A stretch of DNA of 63,450 nucleotides, filler included, from Basidioascus undulatus (taxonomy: Eukaryota), in assembly GCA_000826855.1 (NCBI GenBank). It is 6 parts of 6 records of this genome, joined end to end, with 100 filler letters (N's around TTAATTAATTAA, not from the genome) between each part and the next. Parts side by side here need not be neighbours in the genome. Positions count along the whole stretch, not along the records: positions 7,191 to 14,279 come from JTLS01001618.1; positions 14,380 to 21,466 come from JTLS01001619.1; positions 21,567 to 49,109 come from JTLS01000162.1; 3 more parts are not named here. The stretch is one strand, 5' to 3'. Each line of letters opens with the position of its first letter. The first letter of the stretch is position 1. This document shows, piece by piece, positions 10,822-22,599 of the stretch. The position numbers were made by a program, and so were the translations under genes. The notes beneath the pieces were generated by a model. That model searched no databases. It was not told where the DNA came from and saw only the letters and a program-made list of their open reading frames with translations.

Positions 10822-13123
10822 TTGATCTCCGCTCTTCGCACACTCACTGCTGTGCTTCCCTCTCCTTTTCTCCTCTTCGGGCGTCTGGCCCTCGCCGCTT
10901 CCACGCAAAAGTCCTCCGCCGACGCACTCGACTCTTCGCTCGAGACCATAGTCGATTTCAGTGGCCACAGGTTTGTCAGTCACGGCCTTGTCAGGGCGGG
11001 CCGCTTCCCCGCCGACAAGCTCGACCAGTTCGGGGACACGCTGGGTGGTCTGGGCAGTGCAGCTGCTCTGGAGCGTGGCAGCGGGAAGCGTAAGAAGGAC
11101 TGCAGCTACGAGGGCGTGATTATTGCCAACCGGATCGAGGTGCGCTTCTTTCCTGCGATGGCAGACTGTGCCAAGACTGAATTCGTTGCTGTAGGCAAAC
11201 AGGACACAATACCCAAGGTGCACTTAAGGAATTTGTTATGCCTGCGAAGATCTTTCGAACTCATTTCGATCCGAAAAGGCACAATCAACTAACCTCCGCG
11301 AAACCACCGCTTCCATCTTTTCTTTGTCGCCCTACTACAGCGCTTCGAAGCAGAGCCTTGACGACGGCGCCGAGTCGCTCGAACTCAAGTATATCGACTC
11401 AAGCTAGTACAAGGAGCGTGGCGGCAAGGAGGCTACCGGTCTCGATCCGCTCTTTGTGCGGAAGGGCGACAGTCAGTGGCCGGATCTGCCCGTCAGCCAC
11501 TAGGACAAGATCTCTGTCGACTCCGAGGGTCTCGTTATAGAGGATGGGACGTACTGGATAAGTGGAGGGATCGTTGTATTTTTAGTGAGATTCGGTAATG
11601 ATCTTACCCCACGTGCTCTTTACAGATTGCGGAATAGGTGAGAGCTGCTTTGAGCATCGAGCAAAATTTTCTTGACTGCATGCTGACAGACTGTCCTTGA
11701 TTTCGCAGCATGGGCCGTTCATCTACCATGTTGCGGAGGACGGCACCATTTTATCCGCCGTAGCCCGTGCGCCTTCTCCGCCTCATCACATTCATAACCA
11801 CCTTCCACATTACAGACGTGACCGTTGTACCAGGCCAAAAGACCTTCTCCCCTTACCTCAAGCTTAACTTCACGTCCGAGACGGATGGCAATTCCGGTCG
11901 GACGGGCAATCAGGGATTGGAGGGTCTCACTGCGTCGTGCGTCTGAATGTGCTGTAGACGCGCAACATGACTGTGCCGGCCGACGAGGAGAGGGATGTCA
12001 CGAACGGAAGTCACGACGGCAAGGCGCTTTTGCGATCCTGCAGAGTGGTGCTGTCCAGGAGTCAGCCGAAGCGGGGAATAGGGCAACGCCAACACGCGCC
12101 TCCTGCGCTACGACATCTCGAACGCGAAGGACGTCAAGTTGACCGGGCACTGGATCGTGCAGGTGCGTTACGTCTTCAAAGGCTGCTGGAAACATTGGAC
12201 TGCCATGCTGACAGCGGGTTTCTTCTTTTCGCAGCTGCCCGTTAGCAAGGACAAACCCCGGGCGACAAGCGACAACCACACTTTCTTGACTCTGAGCCGC
12301 GATGGAAAACATGAACGCTTTATCCCGCGCCTTTGCCCTGCTTAAATCCTCCCGATTAACCGCTATTCCTCTCTATGATATTTTCTCCGGGCGACAGGTA
12401 TAATTGTTTTGCTTTTAAAAAAGCGTTTTGATCGGTCGTTTAACGCGTGGCCCTTCTCTATCGGCGCGCACAAGTCCGACAAGTAGGGAGCCGACCTTGT
12501 CGACATCTCCGCGGCAACCAGTACGTATCGAGATTTCCCTGACCTGATATTTCGCGGCTGTGAGCTGATCTGCAAATTTACAGACCTCATGCACACAAAG
12601 TACGACTCGGACTCCGCCGTCTCCCCCGAAGGCAAGCTCGCCGAGGATATCACAAGCCGTTCGTCGACTACCTGGACATCAAGCAGCTGAAGGGCTTTGG
12701 CATTCACAACGACGGCACGCTTGACGACGGGCTGATCTCCGCCAAGTGGGAGAGCCTGGTCCTCGCGCCTGCCCTGGACGAGAAGGTCCGTTGTTTGGCT
12801 TTCTGAAAATGTGACTTGCGAAGAGGTTAACAGTGCTCCTGCTGTACCGATTCATGCAGAGCACTAACGATTACATTTTCATCACGATCGCCGACAACGA
12901 CTACATCACTGTCGACGGGCACTCGCTTGGGGAGAGGTACAGCGACCCTTACGGCCGCAACGTCGATACTCAGGTGCGTTTTGTGTGGCTTACATTTGCC
13001 TGAACTACATGAGAGAATTCACTGAAAAACTATTTTTTGTATAAACTCTATTAGATCATGGCGTTCCGGCTGACGCTGCCGAACGTGGACGCGAAGAAGC
13101 TCAAGAAGTTCTTGGACATTTGA
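10822..13123 (+). pseudogene. Pseudogene of the 'esterase-like activity of phytase' family (secreted)
   Basis: Motifs GLVRAGRFPADKLDQFGDTLGGLGSA, QPDRG (out of frame at ~11127), ISVDSEGLV..DGTYWIS (preceded by an in-frame TAG), NQGLEGLT (frameshifted), YIFITIADND and FRLTLP...LDI*. Confidence 0.8.
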
Positions 13124-13717
13124 CGAGACCCGACATGGCGTTGCGCTCCTCCATAGATTTAGATTACTGGATTGGGGTCGTTAATACACCCTAGAATAAT
13201 GTTGTCCTCTCCAGATGAATGGCGGAATGTTGTTGACAGATAGCGTTGGGACTGCAAATGGTGCGTGCGCTTGCGCTCGCATCGACAAACGGCAGCGGCT
13301 GTCTGTACCATTCTCATGCTCCTTCAAACTCCGATAGAAGCGAAAACTGCCTTCGTCCTTCGGATGAACAAAAGCCAGTCGACAACCCTTCCAGTACACA
13401 ACATGCTGGAAACTTCATCGATCGTCCTCAACAGCTGCAGCAGCACACGCGTTTCCACGCAAGTGCCAGCTTCAGATTATGCTCCAGACAAAGGGATTCA
13501 CCGTTTCTGCTTGTCTGTCTAAGTATGATATATTGAAGCTGTAGTGGTGTACAAAGACAACACAACGTGCAGCAGCTTAACTGCAAGAGGCCAAGAGCAC
13601 AAACAAAAGAGCGCGGTAAGCGTCAAGGTCAATGCGATTGTCGGGTCTTTTGTCCATCAGTTAGTAATACAAGTGCATTTTGAAGAAGAGTGCGGACCAA
13701 ATCCAAACACAACATGT

Positions 13718-14250
13718 TCACTCCGGCCTGTTGCCAGCGTAAGCGTCCCTCAGCAGCTTGAGCAGCCTCTCCTTCTCCAACGGCGCCGGATTGGGGTACG
13801 GCGACTTGACGGCGATGTCCGCAGCCTTCTCAATGTCGTCCTCCTTGAACCCGAGCTGCTTGAGCGAGTACGGCGCGCCAAGGCTCTTCGCGAGGTCGAA
13901 CAGGCCCTGCGCGGCGTTGTCGACGCCCATCGCGCGAGCGGCCCGCGCGATCGCCTCCTGCCCATGGGGCGCGTTGTACGCGACGGCGTGCGGGAGAATT
14001 ACGGTGTGCGTCTCGGCGTGCGGCATGTTGAACGTCCCGCCGAGCGTGTGGCAGAGTTTGTGATGCAGTGCCATGCCGACCGCTCCGAGGCAGGTCCCGC
14101 AGGCCCATGCGCCGAAGAGCGCGTCCGAGCGCGCGTCCGCCTCTTGCGGGTCCTTGACTATGAGGGGGGGAGCGCGCGCGATGGCGGAGATGCCCTGCTC
14201 GGCGAGGGAATTGATGATCGGGTTGGACTGGGTGGAGTAGAGGGGGACTG
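13718..14250 (-). CDS. Maleylacetate reductase (iron-containing alcohol dehydrogenase family), C-terminal exon; 5' part lost at the contig end
   Basis: LYSTQSNPIINSLAEQGISAI, ARSDALFGAWACGTCLGAVGMALHHKLCHTLGGTFNMPHAETHTVILPHAVAYNAP and PYPNP; preceded by an intron-like CAG acceptor. Confidence 0.9.
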
Positions 14251-14279
14251 GAGTGTGCGAGCGCGGTAAGCAGGAAGTC

Positions 14280-14379
14280 NNNNNNNNNNNNNNNNNNNNN
14301 NNNNNNNNNNNNNNNNNNNNNNNTTAATTAATTAANNNNNNNNNNNNNNNNNNNNNNNNNNNNNNNNNNNNNNNNNNNN
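14280..14379. other. Artificial contig linker
   Basis: N-run with TTAATTAATTAA. Confidence 0.99.
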
Positions 14380-17300
14380 AGGTGGAACGAGATCGTGGAC
14401 CATTCCGCGCCGATCGAACCCTGACTTCCATCCCCACTATCCTCTTATCATTTTGGGCTTTCGGACACTATTTATTGCGCATTGCGCTCTGATTTGTGCA
14501 CAGGGACAACGTACTGCTGCTCTTCCCAGTGCTTATAGTCTAGACAAGGAATAGACTACGAATATTGCCCAAAGTATTCATTATTCCTGGATCCATACTC
14601 CCATCCTCCCCCGATCTTCCGACGCCGCCGCATCCTTTTCCATCCCGTCGTGCTCGTCGATCTGAGCACGGTGGTTTCAGGAGATATATGTTTGTACTGG
14701 AGTTGTGAATGTACTGAGTCGGAGTCGGAGGTTGAGGGGCGAGCGCGGACGGGGGAGGAGAGAGAGGGAGCGGGAAAGCACGGTAAGCTGTGGAGTTCAC
14801 TGCGCCGGGGTTGGAACGAGTTAGATGCTGGATATCGAACATTGTTCAGTTTCCGCCATGCACGCTGGCAGGCCGCTCTCGCATTTTGCGCGCGTCAGTC
14901 ATCCGTCTTCTCATTTGGACTCGCACCGCTTCCTCGATCGTTTATCTCAATCATCATGTCCTAATCCTTTCATCTCAGGCGTCACACGTCCATCGAAACA
15001 GCGCGAGTGAGACCTCTCGGTCGCCGAAGCAGTTCGACCAACATACACTACCGTTTTCGCGCCTCCCCCTCTTCCTCTCCCCGTTCACCTCCCCGCTCAC
15101 GCTATCGACGTACCAACGTTCCATTCAAACATCCCGCAATGTGGATGTCTGGGCACCCCTGTCTGCCCCGCAGAATCCTTACCCTCCCGTTCCGTGCGAC
15201 CCGCGCAGTCGCCACCCTCCCCTTCCGCGCAACTCTCGCGGCTGCAAGCGCCTCGGCGCCGGTCGCGGTCTGTGTGCTGGAGCCTGTCGTCTCGTGCGTC
15301 TCCTCCTCGCGCTCCACGTCTCGTGCGCTCACGCCGTTCGACACCCCACATAGGTCCATGCTCCGCGTCTGTCCCAGGGCACAGCGCCTGGTCGCGTGCA
15401 CCACAGCTTCCAGCACCGTGACCGTCCTGGAGCAGTGGAAGGGTCCGTTTCGGTTTTCCTGCCGTGCGCATCGCCCTTTTGGGCTCCGGCACTCCCTCTG
15501 ACTTTGTAACCCAGCGCATCTGCTCTCATCGCGCTGCGGCTCGTTCTCGATCTTGCGTCCCGACGCATCTCTCACCTTTGTCCTCAGGGACATACAGACT
15601 TTGCCTTCCGAGGCATTACTCCTTTCCCTCGTAACGTTCCTCTCTTGGCAGAATCCAAGCTCTTCTTCCCTCCCTCGCTGGGGGCGTCTTCCCTCTGTCG
15701 CTGGGGCGTCTTTCCTCTCCCTCATACACGACGACGACCGCTCACTTCCGCACGCCGACTCAGGCTTCTCCCCGCAGGTCTTCCGGCCCGACGACGCGAC
15801 GACACGACGCCTCCCACGTACCGTCTCTTCTCCTTTGGCGGGGAACATGCTCTCAGCCTTGGAACTGACATTCTCTCTTCATCCGCAGACTCCACGTTCG
15901 GTGCGCAGTCTGCCTCCCTTCTTCCAACTCTGTACTGACAGCGCTTCTACCTCCGCAGACGCGCGCGACCTCTACTTCTACCTCTACCTTGCACACGGAC
16001 ACGGACAATATCTACTCCTCTTCCCTCCCAACTTCCCTTCCCCCTCCCCCTCCCCTTCGCTCCTAGGCCTCTCCTCCTCCTCGCCCCTGCCACCCGCCCG
16101 TCCGCCACTTCAAGCTTTGCGCTCCGGCACATCTCGTCTTTGCGCTCCGGCGCATCTAGTGTTTGTGCTCCGGCACATCCGCGCGCTCCCCTCATCCCCC
16201 TTTTTTCCGCTCCGGCGCATTGGCCACTTTTGCGTACCGACGCATTACTCTCTTATGAACGCGCTCCGGGGCTGCCCTTACTCTCGGGAGCATCACCTCC
16301 CTCACGCCCTCCGGGGCGCGGCGCACAGCCTGTCCTTGTCCTCCGGGACATCTCGTTTCACCGGGCGCTGTCGGGTCTCGGGAAGGAGCCCGCGCTGCCG
16401 CCATGGGGAGTCGCACCCTTTATTCTTTCTGAGGACGCCCAGGCGTCGGGAACCTGTGGCTGGCCACCCCGGGTGAACCGCGTTGCGGCGTTCCTCTCAC
16501 ACACACCCGCCCGCGGTGGCCCTCGCGGCGACGGGGCGGTTTTCTCTTTTTCTCCTCCTGGAGTACCCTATTTTTTTCTTTCTTCTTCGGTTGCGCTGTA
16601 ACCTAACCTTGTCCGGGGTCGTCCCGGCGACTCGCAATGCTGTCTTGGGCTGTCAGGGTCGTTGCTGCGTTGTCGGTTAGGATGCATCATCATGCCTTGC
16701 TCGCACGCTTTGTACTGCCTTGAAGACAATGTAGTCAAGAAGTGGCGCCAGCAACGAGGCCTTCAATCGCAAGCTCGCCGATGCTCTCGCCCGCGCACCG
16801 CAGTCCATGCTGGAGCGGATCATACTCTGGAGCAGATCATACTCGAGCGCGACATCTGGCTCGTCGACAGGCAGGAAAGCGCCGATAGAGGTCCGCCGGC
16901 GGCGGAGGCTTCGGCAAGGCGGCTTGAACCGTAGCGATGGGTTTTCGGAGGCATGGGAACTGACGCGCAGTCTTGTTTTATAAAGCGAGTAACTTCTGTG
17001 ATCCTAAGGGAAGTCTCGTGTATCGTGACAACCTCTGCCCTCGGTGTTGTGTGGCGCCTGAGCTGCCCTACGATATCTTAACAAGGCAGAGTGTATCTGA
17101 GAGACGATGATGTTTGCCCAGGACCACTAAACAGGAACAGTAAATCCAACACTGGGCTCGACGTGGCAGACGGAACCGTCTGATCAATACGTCTCAGCAG
17201 TCGGCGGAGTAAACAGAAAACTGAATGCAGGAGCAACGGGTAACACATCTGCCTTACACAGTCTGTCACTGTAACAGCTTCTTTGCATTCGAAAGGTCCG

Positions 17301-17474
17301 CGGACTCATGTAGTCAGTTTTTCTGTTGGAGATCCATCAGAGCTGGTGACAGGGGTAGTTCTGGGAATTGTTCATGCCAGGGTGACTCCGTGCCTGACGT
17401 TCCTCATGAGCCGACGGAAACCACCGCCCCACGCAACCTCTCCTCCACCGTCGGCAACCTCCTCCTCCTCAAAC

Positions 17475-18300
17475 ATGTCTTCTGGTATTTCAAAGGCTAC
17501 CTTCAAGGGAAGTACTTCGACACAGGACAAAGATGCCTTCATCGGTCTTCTTCCTGCTGAAAGCGCCGCCGAGCCAAGCACATCACCACCGCCGCCGCGA
17601 GACGCTCGCTTTTGGGCGGTATTTCTGAGCCTATGTGTGACATTTTTGCTGAGTGTCAGTGACCTGGTACGTACCACGATCTTTACGGGAAATTTCGACG
17701 TTATCCTTACATCGTCAAGTGCGGTGATAGGCAGTTTGCGAGTCGGTGCTTGACCAACTTTTAATGATGGCCGCGGCTTACCATCTGGGTGTTGATATTC
17801 AGTCTCAACCGCCTTGCCTACCATGGTACAGAGCTTGGTGGAGGAGACGTCTCATGGGTCGGAACAGTTCAGTTTTTTTGCCCCTGTTCCCAATACAGTT
17901 TGCGAATGATCATGGCCTGCTTTCCAGCTTACGCTCTCACGTCGACGGCCATCCTTCCGTGGAGCGGTGGTCTGGCCAATATCGTGGGTTTCACGACTTC
18001 TCTAGCTCTCTTGAGTCATTCCTCTTTCTCACCCAGTTTGGTCAGCGTGCGATCATGCTCGCTTCTCTCGCGTTGTGCATTCTGGCAGCGCCCTGGCGGG
18101 AGCTGCGCAGACCCTCGACTGGCTGATTGCGGCCAGGGGTAGGACAACCTAGTACCTACCATAAACGATAATGCTAAAAACGGCTCTCCATTTCAGCCGT
18201 ACAGGGCATCGGCGGTGGCAGACCTCGTCGTGTGATCCTCAACTCTCTGGAGCTCCGTGTCCATCGGTCCACCAAAAATTCACAACTGTACACGGAGCGC
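17475..18300 (+). pseudogene. MFS (DHA2-type) transporter pseudogene, 5' part
   Basis: RDARFWAVFLSLCVTFLLSVSDL, STALPT, AYALTSTAILPWSGGLANI, FGQRAIMLASLAL and VQGIGGG, with frameshifts between them. Confidence 0.8.
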
Positions 18301-18637
18301 TTTTCGAAGGAACTTTAGTTTCAAGGCTTTTGTTGCAATGCACTCAGCGAGGTGCGTGCGCAAACGCCAGGGAACGCCAGGAATTTGTGAATGAGCATGG
18401 CGGGTTATCGCACAAATATGCCAGCTGAGTTGCTTTGCAAAGCATTGTATCGACTGCATTGGATGGACAGCCGGTTCAAACATTTGGCGAACGGCGTCGG
18501 GCGACATTCAGCGGAAGCTGAAGCTGGTTGGGACGGCGCGTTCGGGCAGCCCGAGGCCCCTGCTCTTCTCTCTCTTTCTATCCCACCACCAGCATCTTAA
18601 CCGCCCAAAGAAACCGAACAGTATCGCCGCCGGAAGT

Positions 18638-19500
18638 ATGACGCGCATTTTGGGCCTTCCGAACGAGATTCTTTCGAATATTGTTTTCGAAGCGTACTTC
18701 GCCGACGATTCGAACTCGGCGCTATCCGCGTCCGCTCCCGGAACTTCGCCTTTCTTCTCGCTCTTGATCTGGAAAGCGTCTCAAGCCCATTGCAATCGAT
18801 CACCTCGAGCGCGGGGTGCACCTCATCAACGGGGATCAGTACAACTCGTTCCTCTCTCATCTTCGGAAGAACGAGGTATAGGCGGCGAGAGTCCCGAGTC
18901 TCGTCATCACCGTTCGGGGTCATCATTCGGGCATCCGGGCCATCTTGCCCACATGCTCTGGAGTGGGGACGCTAAAGCTATTGGTACTAGCTTCAGCTTG
19001 GAACGTACAGACGCTCTGCGAAGCCTTGAAGGCCCTCCGGCCCAAATCCGCATCGTTGTTTTTCCATTTCCAGGCTGGTCAGGCATGAACGAGGTCGTTC
19101 TGAGTCTGCTCAGGACCTGGATATCCCAACGCAGTCTGGACTGCCTGTCCCTCGGCGGAGACTTCGATCTGACGCGCCCGAGTGGGCTTCCATTCCTATC
19201 TCGACGCTGCGCCTCTCAAGAGTCAGTGGCATGTCGTCCGAAGCTTGGGATCAGTCTCATGAGCAACCCGCACATCGACGCTCGAACTCGTACATGGGAA
19301 GGACGGTAATCTTTCGAGCACTTGTGGCTCCAGATGTATGCAGATCGGCGTGGGGAGAACGCGAGGGAGGCGCTGCTCAAGAGGGTGGAGATCTGGAGCG
19401 GATAGGGATGGGTTCTGAAGGAGAGAGCGGGAATGGGATGGGCGTGATGCACCCGACACTTATAAACGTCTGAGCTGCCCTATTCTTGTGCGCTCGCCTG
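18638..19500 (+). pseudogene. F-box-like gene remnant lying inside the MFS pseudogene
   Basis: The start MTRILGLPNEILSNIVFEAYF has an F-box-like LPxEI motif; downstream reading is broken and Leu-rich. Confidence 0.45.
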
Positions 19501-20149
19501 AACAGTTGAGAAGAGATTTGAGGCGCCTGCCTGCGTTCCCAACTGTTGAACTGCTCGCCGCTTGTGCATGGCCGGACTAACGCACCCGTACGCCGCCCGC
19601 CGATATCTCGCAGCTGGAAGTCTTTTCTTCAGCGGAAATTGTGCATGGCCGTCGATCGTCAGTGAGCATTCGAGAGCGATGCCCCACCGCTATCAGTCGA
19701 GAACTACGGCGCCAGCAGCGCCAAACCCGGCGCGATATGCAGCCGGCCCGGAATCAAGCCGCAGCCGCTTCGGCCCTCTCTTATCTGACCCTCCCCATCG
19801 TCTTCTGAGTATCGCCCTTCTGCTGCTTCTGTTATGGCCCAATACGGGCGGCTATATCAGCTCACTGACCGTCCACCTCGTACTGACGCACACTTCAATC
19901 CATTCGCACCAGCATGTAAACCTCCGTAAGACCTTTCGAACCCCGCATCGTGGGCGACCGAGCATGATCCGCACGGTGTGCAACGCAGCCTCAGTTTCAC
20001 GCAAGCCATATCCAAGCTCACAATCGCTTTTCTGCATACTATATTCCAAAAGCCGAGTCTGAGCGCCCCGTTCCCCCTCCCCTCGGCCGCTCCCATCCCC
20101 CTCGCACCCAACGTTTTCCTCCAGCCGCCGTTGTCGAGGCGAGGGACCG

Positions 20150-20520
20150 GGCCGGGGCTGGTGCTGATCGGTAGGGTTCTCATTGAACCTCGCGAGAAGG
20201 CGTCATGGCGATGGATCTTCTACAATGTTCCTTTCTTCTTTAAACCTGACACGTCCTTGTTCTTAGGGAGCTGACATGGCCATGCAGATCTGAACCTCCC
20301 AATTGCCGGCGTCGCCATTGTCATGATCCTCATTTTCCTTGACTTGTAGATGCCCAGTGATTCCTTCCGAGAGAAAATTGGTCGTATGGACTGAATGCGA
20401 GTTTGCTTGACTCTCGTCAGAAGTCTATGTTATGACAGAGCCAATGTGGTGTCTATCGGCGGGATCACTTACATTATCCTGGCGCAGATTATTATAACGC
20501 AGGAACCTGGTTTTTCCAAT
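20150..20520 (+). pseudogene. MFS transporter pseudogene, continuation
   Basis: EKASWRWIFY, then LNLPIAGVAIVMILIFLDL*MPSDSFREKIGRMD* with an in-frame TAG at 20347. Confidence 0.75.
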
Positions 20521-21466
20521 AAGTTGGTACGTTGTGTTTCCATCCAACTCCTCTCGGCAGCTCATACTAATATCTGTATTGCAGCTCGACCCCATTACGC
20601 CGCGCTAGAACGCCGAGGGCCTCGTCTCCAAGCTCGTAAGCTGCTTGGCCGGTCTTGCAACGCCCGAACTCAACTAACCTGGAGGTGATGCTATGGGTGA
20701 CAAGGGGCGACTTCTTGTCCAATGGAACACCACCGGACACGGCACCGATAACCCGCGACCGCTCTCCAAATGCACCAGCCAGGCCTTCTACGACTTCTGG
20801 ATCGACGGACGCTCCCAAAGGGCATCTGCTAGCCCAACGGGGTCGGACAGGTCCAGGCTGAGGTGGGCTTCTCGATAATGCCAAATATACCTCCATTTGT
20901 TCTAACGATCTTTACCTTGCTGCTCAGGCCATCTTTCCTCCACTCCTGCCGTACGACGAGTGGAACACGCCGACCAACGCGTCGACTACATCCACCACTG
21001 CGACGTCTGCGACCGCGACCGCCACGTCCACCGGAGCCTGAGCTATCCTGCATTACGAACACTTCTGAATTTTTATCCTTGTATTATTCCCGAAGTTACC
21101 CGTAGTACCTTAATTCCTGTTCGAAACACCAGCTGCTCCGCTCTGATGTATCCTAACTGGACATTGAAGACGTTAGTTTAATGGAGAACATTGTCGGTGC
21201 CGCTGCTAAGCTTCTGTATCCAGCGAGCCCAGAGCACTGCGCAGAAGACCAGTCACGAACCACACACGCGCCCTGCCATGTGCCGCACACGAGTGAGCCG
21301 AAGCAGGCCATCTAGCTATCTGTCAACCAGCTGACCTAATATAAAGTGAACGAAACAAACAGACAACAAAACGAAGTGTCTCCCCCTCCCCTACTGCCCT
21401 GTCCTGCCCGCTCCTGACGTCTCCTGCTCTCTCCTGACATCTATCGGATCTTCCCACCCCCCCTCC

Positions 21467-21566
21467 NNNNNNNNNNNNNNNNNNNNNNNNNNNNNNNNNN
21501 NNNNNNNNNNTTAATTAATTAANNNNNNNNNNNNNNNNNNNNNNNNNNNNNNNNNNNNNNNNNNNN
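21467..21566. other. Artificial contig linker
   Basis: N-run with TTAATTAATTAA. Confidence 0.99.
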
Positions 21567-21945
21567 CCCCCGCAGCTGCTGGTGGCTAACATCCAACATC
21601 CCTCCCCTTCCTGCGCCGCCCGCCCCAAGCGTGTTCACCCACCCGACCCACCTCGTCCCCGTCCCCTCGCTTCCGACCACCGCGCTCGCAGACGTCCTCG
21701 CCCCCGCGAGCGAGCGCGACGGGATACTGCTCTATGTGAGGGAGGCGAGCTACGAAGCGGGGAGCACGCCGCTCGCGCTGTGGGTGCCGGCGGTCAAGGT
21801 GGAGGACTTTGCTAGGTGCGTGAGGGGAAGAGATGCTTCACGTGCTCATGAGGGGTGCTGATCGTCTGCGACGGAGGACAGGAGCGTCGGGCTGCTGGTC
21901 CCTACGGCGGGCGAAGGGGAGGCCGTAATCAACATGGAGACCTGA
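21567..21945 (+). CDS. 3' end of a hypothetical protein (5' part truncated by the contig start)
   Basis: GC3-rich frame ...GILLYVREASYEAGSTPLALWVPAVKVEDFAR, then a GTGCGT...CAG intron, then SVGLLVPTAGEGEAVINMET*. Confidence 0.45.
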
Positions 21946-22599
21946 CTTTTCATACTTTTTCTTCAACGTGCGAATTGCTATGCGCGAGTTGAACGCCGCG
22001 CAGTCTAGTCCCGAGTCAGAGCACCGCTGCTGAACAAGACACTCCTTTATCCGCTCGACATGGCTTGACGTCCGCCTGCTCAATCTGGAGGAACAGAATG
22101 ACATTCCCGTGAAACTGAAGAGTGGTGGAGACACTGGGACACTCGAGACAGGGTAAGGCACGCCCCAGGCTTGCGTCTAGAACGCAGCTTCTCGCGCAGA
22201 CTTCTGAAATGACATGGTCCTGTCTGCGCCTGAGCGCAATGAATACCAAGGGTTTTTAGGAGCTGCCAAGTAGGTGTCAACCTCCTTCGCATGCATGGGA
22301 AGTCCGCGAGCAACTCGTGCATTGGACCGTCCACAATGCATGCGTCCCGCACTCGCGCGACCGCGTCGGTTAAATCGATCATTGCTTCTGCTCGGATACC
22401 TCCCCATTCGGCACGGATTTTAGAGCTAGTATTCTCTCTCTACGGGACTTGTCCATTCGCAAAGCATGTTGTTCGCGTTTGCTCGGCAGCGCTGCAGCGA
22501 AACTTGCAGCCGAAGAAGCCACCCCGCTTTCCAAAGCTGCTGAGTCCGCGTCCGACAATAACGACATGAACGAGCAAGCGAGTCGAATGCACATTCATA

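Noticed and set aside
13718..14279. Maleylacetate reductase as bacterial contamination or recent HGT
   Set aside because: Fungi carry this family, and an intron-like acceptor precedes the exon.
14800..16700. Pyrimidine-rich region with scattered GCTCCGG motifs and many overlapping ORFs; possible transposon
   Set aside because: No recognisable gag, RT, integrase or transposase motif and no terminal repeats; left unassigned.
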